A stretch of DNA of 64,000 nucleotides from Hydrolagus affinis (lineage: Eukaryota): contig JAAILG010000153.1 of assembly GCA_012026655.1 (NCBI GenBank), forward strand, positions 62,001 through 126,000, written 5' to 3'. The position numbers were made by a program, and so were the translations under genes. Within the stretch, counting starts at the first letter, position 1, and every line of letters begins with the position of its first letter. Positions 1 to 64,000 of the stretch are shown here, piece by piece. Under the pieces are notes generated by a model. The model ran no database searches. It was not told the DNA's origin and saw only the letters and a list, made by a program, of their open reading frames with translations.

Positions 1-226
1 TTCAGGGTTGTAGTGATACTGTTGGCTATCACCAACACCTCCACACCAAAGGTTTACAATGGTTATAAGTAGGTAGTGCTGTGTCAATGTTGTCATGGTT
101 AACACTTCAGTCCATTAAGGGTGTGAAGTGCCACCAATTTTATTATACTTTTTTGAATGTTGTTGAATGACAGACTTATTTTCCTCCCAAGCTCTCTTGG
201 GACTCGCTGCTATTTTTGCTCATCAT

Positions 227-240
227 CTGCCCCCTGGTGG
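227..240 (-). promoter_or_regulatory. CTCF core motif
   Basis: Reverse complement CCACCAGGGGGCAG is an exact match to CCASYAGRKGGCRS; binding not shown. Confidence 0.5.
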
Positions 241-460
241 GAATAGAATTGAGGAACGTCACCCAAGTCCCAGTTTATGTCCCATTGCTTCTCCAGTTGT
301 ACTTCATTGAATTTGGTGATGGTGAATTTTTATTAGAATCTATGGGAACAGGTGAATTCCCAATTAAGCCTGATATTTGAATAGCTTGTTCCATGAATAC
401 AGCTTGCCCTCGGGTTTCCTGTCCTAATGGCCATTGTTCATATTTTAGCTTTGGCAGTGA

Positions 461-63436
<62,976 letters not shown>

Positions 63437-63679
63437 GTAAGTTTGCAAGAATATTTTTCTTTCCTGGAGTGTCTCACATCCAGGCATATTTCTTGGTAAA
63501 CGGTGACTTTCTCTGCAACTGTAATTCACCAACGATAATGTAGTGGGTGGGTGGGGGGTTCTGTGCTACATAGTTTGGGATAGAGGAGAAAATGTGTCTC
63601 AAATTAACAAACCCAAACCAGTCAATCTGTTAACTGTCCAGCATTGCCCTGCGGACAGAACACAATATAAATGGAAGTT

Positions 63680-63852
63680 TCAAGACCCTCCTCTTCGATC
63701 GTGCCTTCTGCTGCCTTCTCCTCCCAACTCTCTCCCTCCCCTGCCCCCCACCCTGCCCCTCCCACTTGTTTAGATCCTGATCTGCCTGTTGGGACGTCCT
63801 CCCGATATGAGAGGCGCTCTGTCAATGTTATTTTGTTGTTGTTGTTGTTGTA
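63680..63852 (+). mobile_element. L2 LINE 3' fragment
   Basis: caagaccctcctcttcgat...gggacgtcctcccgatatgagaggcgct and (TTG)n tail. Confidence 0.75.
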
Positions 63853-64000
63853 ACCCACACCGTGTTGAGCACAGACTTTTATCAGCAGTTTGGGAATTAT
63901 TTCCGTTTTGAATTGTGAGCCATTTGTTGACTATTTGAAGCTGGAGATTTATTATTTATACGTTGCCTGGGGTGCAAATATAAACCGGGTGTAAAGGTCA

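Overview
This is eukaryotic (vertebrate) genomic DNA. The whole window lies inside one + strand gene, LRP1 (LDL receptor-related protein 1). I traced 62 consecutive GT-AG exons (679-63436; 9117 nt, about 3039 codons) whose splice phases join into one open frame. They encode YWTD beta-propellers with EGF modules, ligand-binding cluster III (10 LDL-A repeats), cluster IV (11 LDL-A repeats, which indicates LRP1 rather than LRP1B), the furin site (RNKR), the membrane-proximal EGF repeats and the transmembrane helix. The 5' exons and the NPxY tail exons lie outside the window. Introns contain tRNA-head SINEs with L2-type tails, L2 and CR1 3' fragments, a Deu-domain SINE relic and a Penelope-type fold-back element. 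This repertoire suggests a cartilaginous fish, possibly a chimaera given the compact introns (inference). Most short ORFs in the supplied track are exon read-throughs or noise. I see no support for a new multi-gene system. The best leads are non-coding: a 76-bp-arm fold-back with hammerhead-ribozyme-like cores and a 13-bp target duplication; a promoter-like block ending in ATG-A|GTAAGT that is in frame with the last EGF/TM exons; a module duplicated in two introns; two exact CTCF motifs; and in-frame tandem donors in the juxtamembrane stalk.
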